Origin: Bacteroidota bacterium
GTDB lineage: Bacteria > Bacteroidota > Bacteroidia > J057 > JADKCL01
Length of the DNA: 64,000 nt
Reading direction: 5' to 3'
Assembly: GCA_031415375.1 (NCBI GenBank)
Contig: JANORP010000479.1
Location: 485 to 64,484 of the forward strand
Shown here: positions 39,178 through 47,823 of the stretch, piece after piece
Numbering within the stretch: the stretch's first letter is position 1
Layout of the letters: each line of letters begins with the position of its first letter
Position numbers and translations under genes: made by a program
Notes under the pieces: model-generated
Database searches by the model: none
The model's input: only the letters and a program-made list of their open reading frames with translations
What the model was told of the DNA's origin: nothing

Positions 39178-40473
39178 ATGCGTCACGCTTTCCTGATCAC
39201 CCTGCTTTGCACACTCATCTGGCCATTATGGGCGCAGCAATTGCCGACAGGCGCAGCCTCAAAATCCGCCCCCTTTGCATCCGCCAAAACTGCAAGTCAT
39301 ATGGATACACCATTGACTTGTTGGGAATTTGCGTGGACAGACTCGACCAGCGCTTGGGACAGCACCCAGCAGACGACATTTACCTACACCATCAATGGCC
39401 ATGTACAAGAGGAAATCATTTCCTATTACATCTTGGGCGCTTTTGAACTGTCTCAGCGGTCTGTGAATACCTATACCGCCAATGGCAAACTCAGCGATAC
39501 ATGGCTGTTTTACCGCAATGGCAATGCATGGGACTCGACCATCGAGCGCCATTATCGTTACGATGCCTTCGGCAACGACACCCTCTTTTATGAGCGCAAC
39601 TGGAATGGCCTATTTTGGGAAACGACCGCTGGCGAATACAAAGTCCTCACCTACCGCAACGTCGATCAAATCGAGACCAAAGTCGGCTCCCAATGGGCCT
39701 TTTCGCAAGGCGTCTTTGTGCGCAACGACTCTGTCGTGTACACCTTTGACGGCAACAATGCATGGGCGAGCGATACGCACTATGGCTGGAATGGCAGCGG
39801 TTGGGACCCGAGTTTTAGGTGGCTGGACTATGTGTGGTACAACAACAGCCTGGTATTGCCCAGCGCAGCCCGCAAGCAAGTCTTCACGACCGCTTGGGAG
39901 GATCAAGAGCGCTTTCGTGCGACCTACTGGCCATTCAACAGCCCGGTTGCCATCTACGAATCCTACATTGCCCCCAACTGGGATACGACTTTCAAGGTAG
40001 ATATCATTTATGATGCACAAGGCCATGAGCGCACGAGCGAATATTATGTCTATCAATCTGGCTGGCAGCTCGCCCTCGGCGAGCTCAACGCCTACACATA
40101 CAATGGCAATGGGCAGACCGTCGAGCGCATCCGCCAATCATTTGATGGACTGGGCTATGTCAATGACCGCAAGTATGTCTATGATGCATTTTTTGTAGGT
40201 GCGGCCTCGCCGGCCACGCAGTCGCTCGACGTGCAAGCATTCCCCAATCCAGCCACAGATCGCTTGCAATTTCGGCTGCGCGATGTGAAGCCCGGCCCGG
40301 TGCAAGTGCAGCTCTATGACCTGCAAGGTAGGCTGCGTGCAGAGACGCGCCTCGCGCATGCGGGCGAGGTCATCGTCTTTCCAATTTCTGAGCAGCTGGC
40401 AAATGGCTGCTACACCTACCGCTTGACCACCACCGCAGGTCAAGCATCGGGCACGGTCATCGTGCAGCACTGA
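39178..40473 (+). CDS. Trp-rich repeat T9SS cargo protein, paralog 5
   Basis: Same architecture. CTD: AFPNPATDRLQF...YDLQGRLRAE...TVIVQH. Confidence 0.85.
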   Translation: MRHAFLITLLCTLIWPLWAQQLPTGAASKSAPFASAKTASHMDTPLTCWEFAWTDSTSAWDSTQQTTFTYTINGHVQEEIISYYILGAFELSQRSVNTYTANGKLSDTWLFYRNGNAWDSTIERHYRYDAFGNDTLFYERNWNGLFWETTAGEYKVLTYRNVDQIETKVGSQWAFSQGVFVRNDSVVYTFDGNNAWASDTHYGWNGSGWDPSFRWLDYVWYNNSLVLPSAARKQVFTTAWEDQERFRATYWPFNSPVAIYESYIAPNWDTTFKVDIIYDAQGHERTSEYYVYQSGWQLALGELNAYTYNGNGQTVERIRQSFDGLGYVNDRKYVYDAFFVGAASPATQSLDVQAFPNPATDRLQFRLRDVKPGPVQVQLYDLQGRLRAETRLAHAGEVIVFPISEQLANGCYTYRLTTTAGQASGTVIVQH

Positions 40474-40635
40474 TCGCTTACCCTTGGGCACCTCGGCCGA
40501 TTCAAAAAATCGCTACGAGACTGGCGTGCTTTTGTTTCATTGGCATGAAAATTGCAAAGTTTCTATTTCTGGGCAGCCTACAAGGGTGTTCGGAAATAGA
40601 AGCTTCCCCTTTTTTGTCCTTACAAGATCACCCCG

Positions 40636-40989
40636 ATGCTACGCAAGATCACCCTCCTCTTTTCCCTTGTATGTACACTTGCCACGATGAGCATGGCGCA
40701 ACGTGGCGAATTTCCCTGGCAGGTGGGCCGCACGGCCGCTCCTAGCAGCGAGAGCGCACCCTCGTTTTTGGGGGTGCATATCCACGCAACGGGCTACCCC
40801 GATGGCGCTGTCACGGTCGTGCTCCATGACCTGCACGGCCTCACGTGTGCCCGCGTGCATGCCTACTCGCAGCACGGGGAGATCATCCTCCCCATTCCCA
40901 AGCACCTCGCCAACGGTCTGTATCTGTACCGCATCCCCACCTCGGGCGCCCCCATCGAGGGTAAATTGGTCGTGCAGCGCAGAGGATAG
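40636..40989 (+). CDS. mini-protein: signal peptide plus T9SS CTD-like domain only
   Basis: 117 aa. MLRKITLLFSLVCTLATMSMAQ, a ~20-aa linker, then a CTD-like segment (VTVVLHDLHGLTCARV...NGLYLYRIPTSGAPIEGKLVVQ). The canonical PNP motif is replaced by YPDGA. Confidence 0.55.
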   Translation: MLRKITLLFSLVCTLATMSMAQRGEFPWQVGRTAAPSSESAPSFLGVHIHATGYPDGAVTVVLHDLHGLTCARVHAYSQHGEIILPIPKHLANGLYLYRIPTSGAPIEGKLVVQRRG

Positions 40990-41026
40990 TATAGAATTCG
41001 TTCTCTTTTTCTTAACTTGATGGGCA

Positions 41027-42163
41027 ATGAGAATACCCATCACGCGCCTATTGCCATTGCTTTGCCTGCTGCTCTCCACGCAGCTTGCCCACGAGCTATC
41101 TGCACAGTGCAATGGGGATCCCGCCCTCTGCAGCAAGCGCTTTGACGAGGTCTGCTACGTCACGACGCACAACGCCTTCAATTACCAAGGTGCCTTCCTC
41201 TTCCCCAACCAGAGCTACGACATCGCAAGACAACTGCAAGATGGCGTGCGCGGGTTCATGCTCGATGTGTATTGGTACAACAATCGGCCTACGGTCTATC
41301 ATAGCAGTAATTTTCTGGGCAATCAGCCGCTGATCGACCTTTTGAATGATGTCAAAGTCTTTCTCGATGCCCATCCCAGCGAGGTCATGAGCATCATCTT
41401 TGAAAGCTACATCAGCGCGGCGCAGATGAGCGATGTATTCACCCAAGCTGGACTCCTCCCCTACCTGCATGCGCAGCCGATCGGCAGCGCATGGCCCACC
41501 CTCGCAGACATGATTGCAACCAACCATCGCCTCGTCGTGCTCAGCGACGCCAACGATGGCCAGGCCTACCCGTGGTACCACTACGTCTGGAACTACGCGG
41601 TAGAGACCGACTACACCGCCCACGGCCGCAGCGACTTCAGCTGCGCCTACAACCGAGGGGATAGCAGCAACAGCCTATTCATCCTCAATCACATGATCAC
41701 ACAAGCGAGCCTTGGTTACGGCCTCATCGACTCCGCTGCCGCCGTCAATGCAAATCCCTATCTCACCAGCCGTGCCATGGGCTGCTGGGCTGCCACTGGC
41801 AAGCTGCCCAATTTCCTCACGGTAGATTTTTATGAGCAAGGTGATGTGATGGCGGCCAAAGATGCGCTCAATATGGGTTTTGTAGGCGCTGATGTCGCGG
41901 GAGTACGCAACAATACACCTGTACAAATCAGCCCCAATCCAGTAACCGAGCATTTTCTGCTGCAGTGGAATGCAAAATCGTCGGGTACCACGGCCTTTTC
42001 GCTCTACGATCTACAAGGTCGCCTGCAGATGCAGGTCCCGATTCCTGCAACCCAAGGCCCATTGAAGATCGATGTGCCCCATAGCCTTGCGAATGGCACC
42101 TATTTTTGGCAGGTGACCGGCCTTCATGGAGCCGACCATGGCAAGGTGATCGTGCTGCGCTGA
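41027..42163 (+). CDS. PI-PLC X-domain-like phosphodiesterase with T9SS CTD
   Basis: Signal peptide; AQCNGDPALCSKRFDEVCYVTTHNAF, GVRGFMLDVYW...TVYHSS, PNFLTVDFY. From memory it resembles the plant/bacterial PI-PLC X domain-containing (At5g67130-like) family. CTD: ISPNPVTEHFLLQW...KVIVLR. Confidence 0.75.
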   Translation: MRIPITRLLPLLCLLLSTQLAHELSAQCNGDPALCSKRFDEVCYVTTHNAFNYQGAFLFPNQSYDIARQLQDGVRGFMLDVYWYNNRPTVYHSSNFLGNQPLIDLLNDVKVFLDAHPSEVMSIIFESYISAAQMSDVFTQAGLLPYLHAQPIGSAWPTLADMIATNHRLVVLSDANDGQAYPWYHYVWNYAVETDYTAHGRSDFSCAYNRGDSSNSLFILNHMITQASLGYGLIDSAAAVNANPYLTSRAMGCWAATGKLPNFLTVDFYEQGDVMAAKDALNMGFVGADVAGVRNNTPVQISPNPVTEHFLLQWNAKSSGTTAFSLYDLQGRLQMQVPIPATQGPLKIDVPHSLANGTYFWQVTGLHGADHGKVIVLR

Positions 42164-42189
42164 TCCAGCAATTTGCATAACTTGCTACC

Positions 42190-43059
42190 ATGCAACCCTG
42201 CAAATTCCTTGTGGCCATTTCTCTGCTGCTGTCAGCGGCTTTGCTCCAGCTGCTGTCGGCCCCGACCGCCTTGGCCCAATGCAACGGCGACACAAACCTC
42301 TGTGGCCGGCGATTCGACCAAGTCTGCTTTCTCTACACCCACAACAGCTACAATGTGCGCGGCGCGCACAAGCTGCCCAATCAAAACCTATCGGTCGCCC
42401 AGCAACTCGCGCTCGGCGTGCGTGGCTTGATGCTCGATGTATATGCCCACCACGAAAAGGTGATGCTGTACCATGGCAAGCGCATCTTGGGGCATCGACC
42501 ATTGCTGGAAGATTTGAAAGCCATCAAAGATTTCCTAGATGCACACCCCACAGAGGTGATGAGCATCATTTTTGAAAGCTACATCAGCCCAACGCAGATG
42601 GCATCTGCGCTCGCGCAAGCGGGCCTGCTCCCTCACTTGCATATGCAGGCGCGCGGTGTCCCTTGGCCCACACTCGGGGAGATGGTCGTCTCAGGACAAA
42701 GGCTTGTCATCTTTTCAGAGAAAGACCAAAGCAATCCCTACCCTTGGTTGCACCATATCTGGGATTTCGCGACAGAAAATCACTATTCCAACCATGGCCG
42801 CGCCGATTTTAGCATGCGCTACAACCGAGGCGATAGTACCAATGGACTCTACCTGATGAACAATTTCATCACCCATCGCAAATTTGGGACAGGCCTTCAA
42901 GACTCGGCCATCGTCGCCAATGACAAGGATTTCATTCTCATGCGCTGCGCAGAGCTCGCGCGCATGCAAGGCCGCATCCCCAACTTTATCGCTGTCGATT
43001 TCGTGGAGATAGGCGCGGCAAAGGCAGCCGTGGATCAGGTGAATTTACAGGGCAGGTGA
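42190..43059 (+). CDS. PI-PLC X-domain-like phosphodiesterase, paralog without CTD
   Basis: Signal peptide; AQCNGDTNLCGRRFDQVCFLYTHNSY, GVRGLMLDVYA...MLYHGK, PNFIAVDF. It ends right after the catalytic domain. Confidence 0.75.
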   Translation: MQPCKFLVAISLLLSAALLQLLSAPTALAQCNGDTNLCGRRFDQVCFLYTHNSYNVRGAHKLPNQNLSVAQQLALGVRGLMLDVYAHHEKVMLYHGKRILGHRPLLEDLKAIKDFLDAHPTEVMSIIFESYISPTQMASALAQAGLLPHLHMQARGVPWPTLGEMVVSGQRLVIFSEKDQSNPYPWLHHIWDFATENHYSNHGRADFSMRYNRGDSTNGLYLMNNFITHRKFGTGLQDSAIVANDKDFILMRCAELARMQGRIPNFIAVDFVEIGAAKAAVDQVNLQGR

Positions 43060-43181
43060 CAATCGTGGAGCTTGCAACGAAACTTGCAATACAAATACTG
43101 CAATCTTGCCCAGAAAGTCACTTTGAAAATCCTATTTGAGATTCGCTAGAGGTGTGGCTCCTGATCAACCACAGGAAGGGT

Positions 43182-43475
43182 TCAGGAAATTACTTGCCAC
43201 ACACGCTTGAGCGGGATACTGCCATCGCCTTTCAAAATCACACGATCGTCGGTGATGGACCATATCGTGGTTTCCACATACTTCAAGCCGACTTCGTCTT
43301 CAAATACAACGCGCACCTTGCTCTTCTCGACGTTGCCTAGCATGACGGCACGCTCAAGATCTACACGGCGCTGGCGAATGTCGTCTTGATTCTTCAGTAC
43401 CTCTCCAGATGGGAAGCGCAGCTGATTGACCTCCTCTTTGGGAACTGAAATCGCTTTTCTTTCCGCAGCACTCAT
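43182..43475 (-). CDS. hypothetical small protein
   Basis: 97-aa ORF with protein-like composition downstream of fhs. No family recognised. Confidence 0.5.
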   Translation of the reverse strand: MSAAERKAISVPKEEVNQLRFPSGEVLKNQDDIRQRRVDLERAVMLGNVEKSKVRVVFEDEVGLKYVETTIWSITDDRVILKGDGSIPLKRVWQVIS

Positions 43476-43646
43476 ACGTCATTCGAAATATTGGGTAAAA
43501 AATAGAATTGGAGTTAAGACTAAAGCTACGGAAAAGAAATCTGATTTGCAAGCACTTGCAAGCACAAATAATATCCACATTTCGAAATATCCGCCATCTG
43601 TCGCTCACGGTATCTTGGAGCTGTATCACCCTCAACGAATCTTATG

Positions 43647-43704
43647 CCAAATCCCCATATTCACGTGACAATGCATGCATTGCACCTCGAATATGGGGAT
43701 TTGG
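43647..43704 (-). terminator. hairpin 25 nt downstream of the fhs stop (terminator-like, no U-tract)
   Basis: Perfect 16-bp stem CCAAATCCCCATATTC / GAATATGGGGATTTGG with a 26-nt loop. The loop itself contains the palindrome CAATGCATGCATTG. Confidence 0.5.
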
Positions 43705-43728
43705 CCGCGAATCATAGCACTAGACGCC

Positions 43729-45420
43729 TCAGAAGAGCCCAGATATCTTGCCGTTGCTGTCGATGTCGATTTTTTCTGCACTGGGTACCGAGGGCAAGCC
43801 CGGCATGCGCAGCATATTCCCCAAGATCGGAATCAGGAAGCCTGCACCTGCCGCAACCTCGATCTCACGCACTGTCATTTCGAAGCCCGATGGCCGGCCC
43901 AAGATCTTGGGGTCATCGGTAAATGAGCTCTGGGTTTTGGCCATGCAGACCGGCAAGTGCTCGAGCCCAAGGCGCTTGATGCGGCGCAAAGCCACTTTAG
44001 CTTCGTTACCAAACACAACCGAACCTGCGCCATAGACCTTCTTGGCAATGGCCTCGATCTTGTATTCGACAGGATCGTTCCAATCATATACTGGCCGATA
44101 GGGTCCCGTGCAACTCGCAACTGCTTTCACGACCTCGTTGGCGAGGTCCTTGACGCCTTCGCCGCCTTTGGCCCAGCCCTCGTTGAGCGCGACGCCGACG
44201 CCAAGCTCACGACAACGATCCATCACGATCTTGATTTCCTCTTCGGTATCAGCCGAGAATCTATTGATGCTCACCACGCCGGGGACGCCATACATACGGA
44301 TGTTCTCGATGTGTTTTTCGAGGTTGGGCAACCCTTTGCGCAAAGCCTCAGTATCGGGTTGCTTCAAATCGGCTAGTGGTTTGCCGCCATGGTATTTGAG
44401 GGCACGTATCGTGGCCACCAAGACGATGGCCTTGGGAGATAGGCCCGAGTAGCCGCATTTGATATTGAGAAACTTCTCGGCACCCAGATCTGCCCCAAAC
44501 CCTGCCTCTGTCACGACATAGTTGCTCATCGTGAGGCCCATCTTGGTGGCGATCACCGAGTTGGTGCCTTGGGCAATGTTGGCAAATGGGCCGCCGTGGA
44601 TGATGGCAGCATTGCCCTCAAGCGTCTGCACGAGATTGGGCTTGATGGCGTCTTTGAGCAGCACGGCCATGGCACCTTGGGCGTTGAGGTCACGGGCATA
44701 GATCGCCTTGCGTTCAAATGTATCTCCGACGTAGATATTGCCCATCTTTTGCTTGAGGTCATCAAGGTCTTTGCTCAGGCATAGGATCGCCATGATCTCG
44801 GATGCAGCGGTGATGTTGAAGCCGTCTTCGCGAGGCATGCCACCTGCCTTGCCGCCCAGGCCTACGACGATATTGCGCAGGGCGCGATCGTTCATGTCCA
44901 TGACCCGCTTCCATGCGACCGAGCGTGGGTCGATGCCCAGCGAACGCTCGGCATCTTGAATGTTGTTGTCGATGAGTGCCGCCAACAAATTGTTGGCCTT
45001 TTCGATCGCGGAGAAATCACCCGTGAAGTGCAGGTTGATGTCTTCCATGGGCACGACTTGCGAGTAACCACCGCCAGCAGCACCGCCCTTGACCCCGAAA
45101 ACTGGGCCGAGCGAGGGCTCGCGCAAGACGACCGTCGCCTGCTTCCCGATTTTGTTGAGTCCCTCTGTAAGGCCGATCGAAGTCGTGGTTTTTCCTTCAC
45201 CTGCCGGCGTCGGCGTGATCGCCGTCACGAGGATCAAATTGTTTTTCTTGACTTTGGCCTCGTTGATGAGGTGCAGCGGCAGCTTGGCCTTGTACTTGCC
45301 ATACAACTCCAACTCATCGACAGGGATGCCCATCTTGGTTGCAATCTCGTTGATGTGGCGCAGCGTGGCCGCCTGCGCGATGGCGAGGTCGGGATCGGTA
45401 GTCATTTTCGAATCAGCCAT
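43729..45420 (-). CDS. fhs: formate--tetrahydrofolate ligase
   Basis: 563 aa. It has the ITPTPAGEGKTTT P-loop and the overall Fhs sequence pattern (LELYGKYKAKL, EPSLGPVFGVKGGAAGGGY). Confidence 0.95.
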   Translation of the reverse strand: MADSKMTTDPDLAIAQAATLRHINEIATKMGIPVDELELYGKYKAKLPLHLINEAKVKKNNLILVTAITPTPAGEGKTTTSIGLTEGLNKIGKQATVVLREPSLGPVFGVKGGAAGGGYSQVVPMEDINLHFTGDFSAIEKANNLLAALIDNNIQDAERSLGIDPRSVAWKRVMDMNDRALRNIVVGLGGKAGGMPREDGFNITAASEIMAILCLSKDLDDLKQKMGNIYVGDTFERKAIYARDLNAQGAMAVLLKDAIKPNLVQTLEGNAAIIHGGPFANIAQGTNSVIATKMGLTMSNYVVTEAGFGADLGAEKFLNIKCGYSGLSPKAIVLVATIRALKYHGGKPLADLKQPDTEALRKGLPNLEKHIENIRMYGVPGVVSINRFSADTEEEIKIVMDRCRELGVGVALNEGWAKGGEGVKDLANEVVKAVASCTGPYRPVYDWNDPVEYKIEAIAKKVYGAGSVVFGNEAKVALRRIKRLGLEHLPVCMAKTQSSFTDDPKILGRPSGFEMTVREIEVAAGAGFLIPILGNMLRMPGLPSVPSAEKIDIDSNGKISGLF

Positions 45421-45720
45421 TTGAACAATCTATTTTTTTTAATGCGGGCTGAATATAGGATTTTTTTGGACTGGCACAGCAATGGGGATAGTTGTCGCCA
45501 GCCTATTCCACGCCTATGGAGAGTACAATTGGAGATTCCTATCACCAAAACGTAAGGCAATTCAGAATACCAGTTGTGCCTACGGCTCAGAATTATTTTT
45601 ATCCGTTGTGGAATTTTTCCATCCATCCAGTCTATCCAACAAGAACGTGCCAGCCGATGCATAGTAAACTTTGGGGCACAATCTAAATTTCTAGATTCAA
45701 AAATATCAGATTACAGAACT

Positions 45721-46452
45721 ATGAAAAGTCACAAGTTTCCTACCCCTTTTATCTTAGCCTTGGCGCTTGGTCTCTTTTTGGCCGCTTGCAGCCGTGAAGA
45801 AATCCAGCCTACTTCCAACGAAGCCTTGATACCCGTCATCGACTTCAAGCAAGACATGAGCGAAACAGATTACCTCATCGCGATGGACGCGTTGCAACAC
45901 CCTACAAACGGCTCAGCAGTGCAGGGGCCACACCTGCAAGGTGCCCTAATCGACAGGGTTTTCAGCCTTGACTATGCAAATCATAGCCTCATCAGCATCG
46001 GCGGTGCAGCCTATGATCGCCCCAATGACCAATGGCTTTCGGGCGCAAATGCAGGCAGCGTAGCCATCTCTCCTGCGTTGTTTGCACAGCTCAATGCGGC
46101 GGCGACACGCTCGATCCGCGTGCGCATCGACGACAACCCATTCCCTTTGTTTACTGGCTTTGACTTGCGCAATATCCATATCACGATGCTCGACAAAGGC
46201 AATCAAGTGATCGACGGCCTCTTTCAAGTCAGCACCCGTCAATACCTCTTTCTAGGCGCGGGCAATGCCGTCGGCGGACAGGTGGGCAGCACCGCTTGCG
46301 GAGCGGTGTCCCTCGGCCGACTCTATGGCGGCTTCAATCCTGCTTATACCAGTGTCACGGGAACGATCGACAATGCCTTCATCGCAGGCTGCTCACCTAT
46401 CCTGATCGCTGCATCGATCTCATTTTTCTTCACTGGAGCCCTCGTGCCATAA
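45721..46452 (+). CDS. hypothetical lipoprotein
   Basis: Start moved to MKSHKFPTPFILALALGLFLAACS (lipobox LAAC). The listed ORF start at 45574 is an upstream in-frame extension. Confidence 0.65.
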   Translation: MKSHKFPTPFILALALGLFLAACSREEIQPTSNEALIPVIDFKQDMSETDYLIAMDALQHPTNGSAVQGPHLQGALIDRVFSLDYANHSLISIGGAAYDRPNDQWLSGANAGSVAISPALFAQLNAAATRSIRVRIDDNPFPLFTGFDLRNIHITMLDKGNQVIDGLFQVSTRQYLFLGAGNAVGGQVGSTACGAVSLGRLYGGFNPAYTSVTGTIDNAFIAGCSPILIAASISFFFTGALVP

Positions 46453-46484
46453 GGAAAATCATTTCCGCTAAGGAATAAGGCTTT

Positions 46485-46526
46485 CGATAGGTTCCAATTC
46501 CGACGCCTCGGAATTGGAACCTATCG
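46485..46526. other. perfect 19-bp inverted repeat with 4-nt loop
   Basis: CGATAGGTTCCAATTCCGA-CGCC-TCGGAATTGGAACCTATCG, 33 nt after the lipoprotein stop. No clear U-tract. Confidence 0.6.
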
Positions 46527-46735
46527 GAATTTCATTCCCAAGTAGGCAAATTTTCAAGGATGGCATTGCCCACTACTGAGTCCCAATTCACATCCATTCA
46601 CTCAAAATATCCTACCTCTCACGCAATCTCCCATCACAATCCACGATCTCCAATTACCTTTGCACGACTTGGATCCAAACCTTCAATCGGTAGCTGCTGT
46701 GGCCAAGCGCAGCAAGCGAAAAACAAATACAATAC

Positions 46736-47725
46736 ATGCGCACATTAGCATCCATTCAACGCATCAAAGCCCTTGCCCCTATTGTGGGCGCAGACGCCAT
46801 CGAGAAAGCCACCGTGCTCGGCTGGCAACTCGTCGTGAAAAAAGGCGAATTCCAAGTCGGTGATCTTGCGGTCTATTGCGAGATCGACTGCCTCATGCCC
46901 GACCGACCTGAGTTTGAGTTTCTCAAGGCGCGCGGCATGCGCATCCGCACCATCCGCTTGCGCGGAGAGATTTCCCAGGGGATCTGTTTTCCATTGAGCA
47001 TTTTGCCTGTTGAGGTCGAGGCTGTCGAAGGCATCGATGTCACCGAGGTCATGGGCGTCGAGAAATATGAACCCCCGATTCCTGCATCGCTCTCGGGCGT
47101 CATGAAGGGTGGATTCCCAAGCTTCATTCCCAAGACCGACGAGACCCGCGTTCAAGTCTTGCAAGACATGCTCGACAAATATGCTGGCACTAGATGCTAT
47201 GTCACCGAAAAGCTTGATGGCAGCTCAGTCACTTACTACTTGAAGGACGGTGAATTTGGGGTCTGCTCACGCAACCTTGAATTGCTGGAATCTCCAGAAA
47301 ACAGCCTTTGGAAAGTCGCACGCACGCTGCAAATCGAGGAAAAACTACGCGCCCGTGGAGGCAACCATGCCTTGCAAGGCGAGATTGTGGGCGAGGGCAT
47401 CCAAGGCAACCTCTACAAATTGCGCGGCCAAACGGTATTTTTCTTCAATCTCTTGGACATCGATGCCTACCGCTTTCTGGATTTTGCTGAATTTGAGGCT
47501 GCGATGACCGCCATGGGATTGCAGTCGGTACCCATCCTCGACCGCGCCTACATGCTTGTGAGCGACATTCCCGCACTCGTAACCCTAGGCACTGGCATAT
47601 CGACCTTGTTCAAGGTCGAGCGCGAAGGCGTCGTCATTCGTCCGCTCAGCGAGGCACGCGACCTCATGGGGCGGGTCTCGTTCAAGGCCATCAACCCCGA
47701 ATTTCTCCTCAAACACGACCATTGA
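46736..47725 (+). CDS. ATP-dependent RNA ligase, DRB0094/Rnl5-like family
   Basis: 329 aa. The N-terminal OB-like segment (IKALAPIVGADAIEKATVLGWQLVVKKGEFQVGD) precedes the NTase motifs: motif I VTEKLDGSS, EGVVIRP, SFKAINPEFLLK. Confidence 0.75.
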   Translation: MRTLASIQRIKALAPIVGADAIEKATVLGWQLVVKKGEFQVGDLAVYCEIDCLMPDRPEFEFLKARGMRIRTIRLRGEISQGICFPLSILPVEVEAVEGIDVTEVMGVEKYEPPIPASLSGVMKGGFPSFIPKTDETRVQVLQDMLDKYAGTRCYVTEKLDGSSVTYYLKDGEFGVCSRNLELLESPENSLWKVARTLQIEEKLRARGGNHALQGEIVGEGIQGNLYKLRGQTVFFFNLLDIDAYRFLDFAEFEAAMTAMGLQSVPILDRAYMLVSDIPALVTLGTGISTLFKVEREGVVIRPLSEARDLMGRVSFKAINPEFLLKHDH

Positions 47726-47823
47726 GTTGCGATTCCACAAATGCAAATCGTGTGGGAAGGCGAACGCAAGCATCGATTTTCCCTTTGCGGATCAATGCAA
47801 TTGTGCCTAATTTTCGGCTGTAA

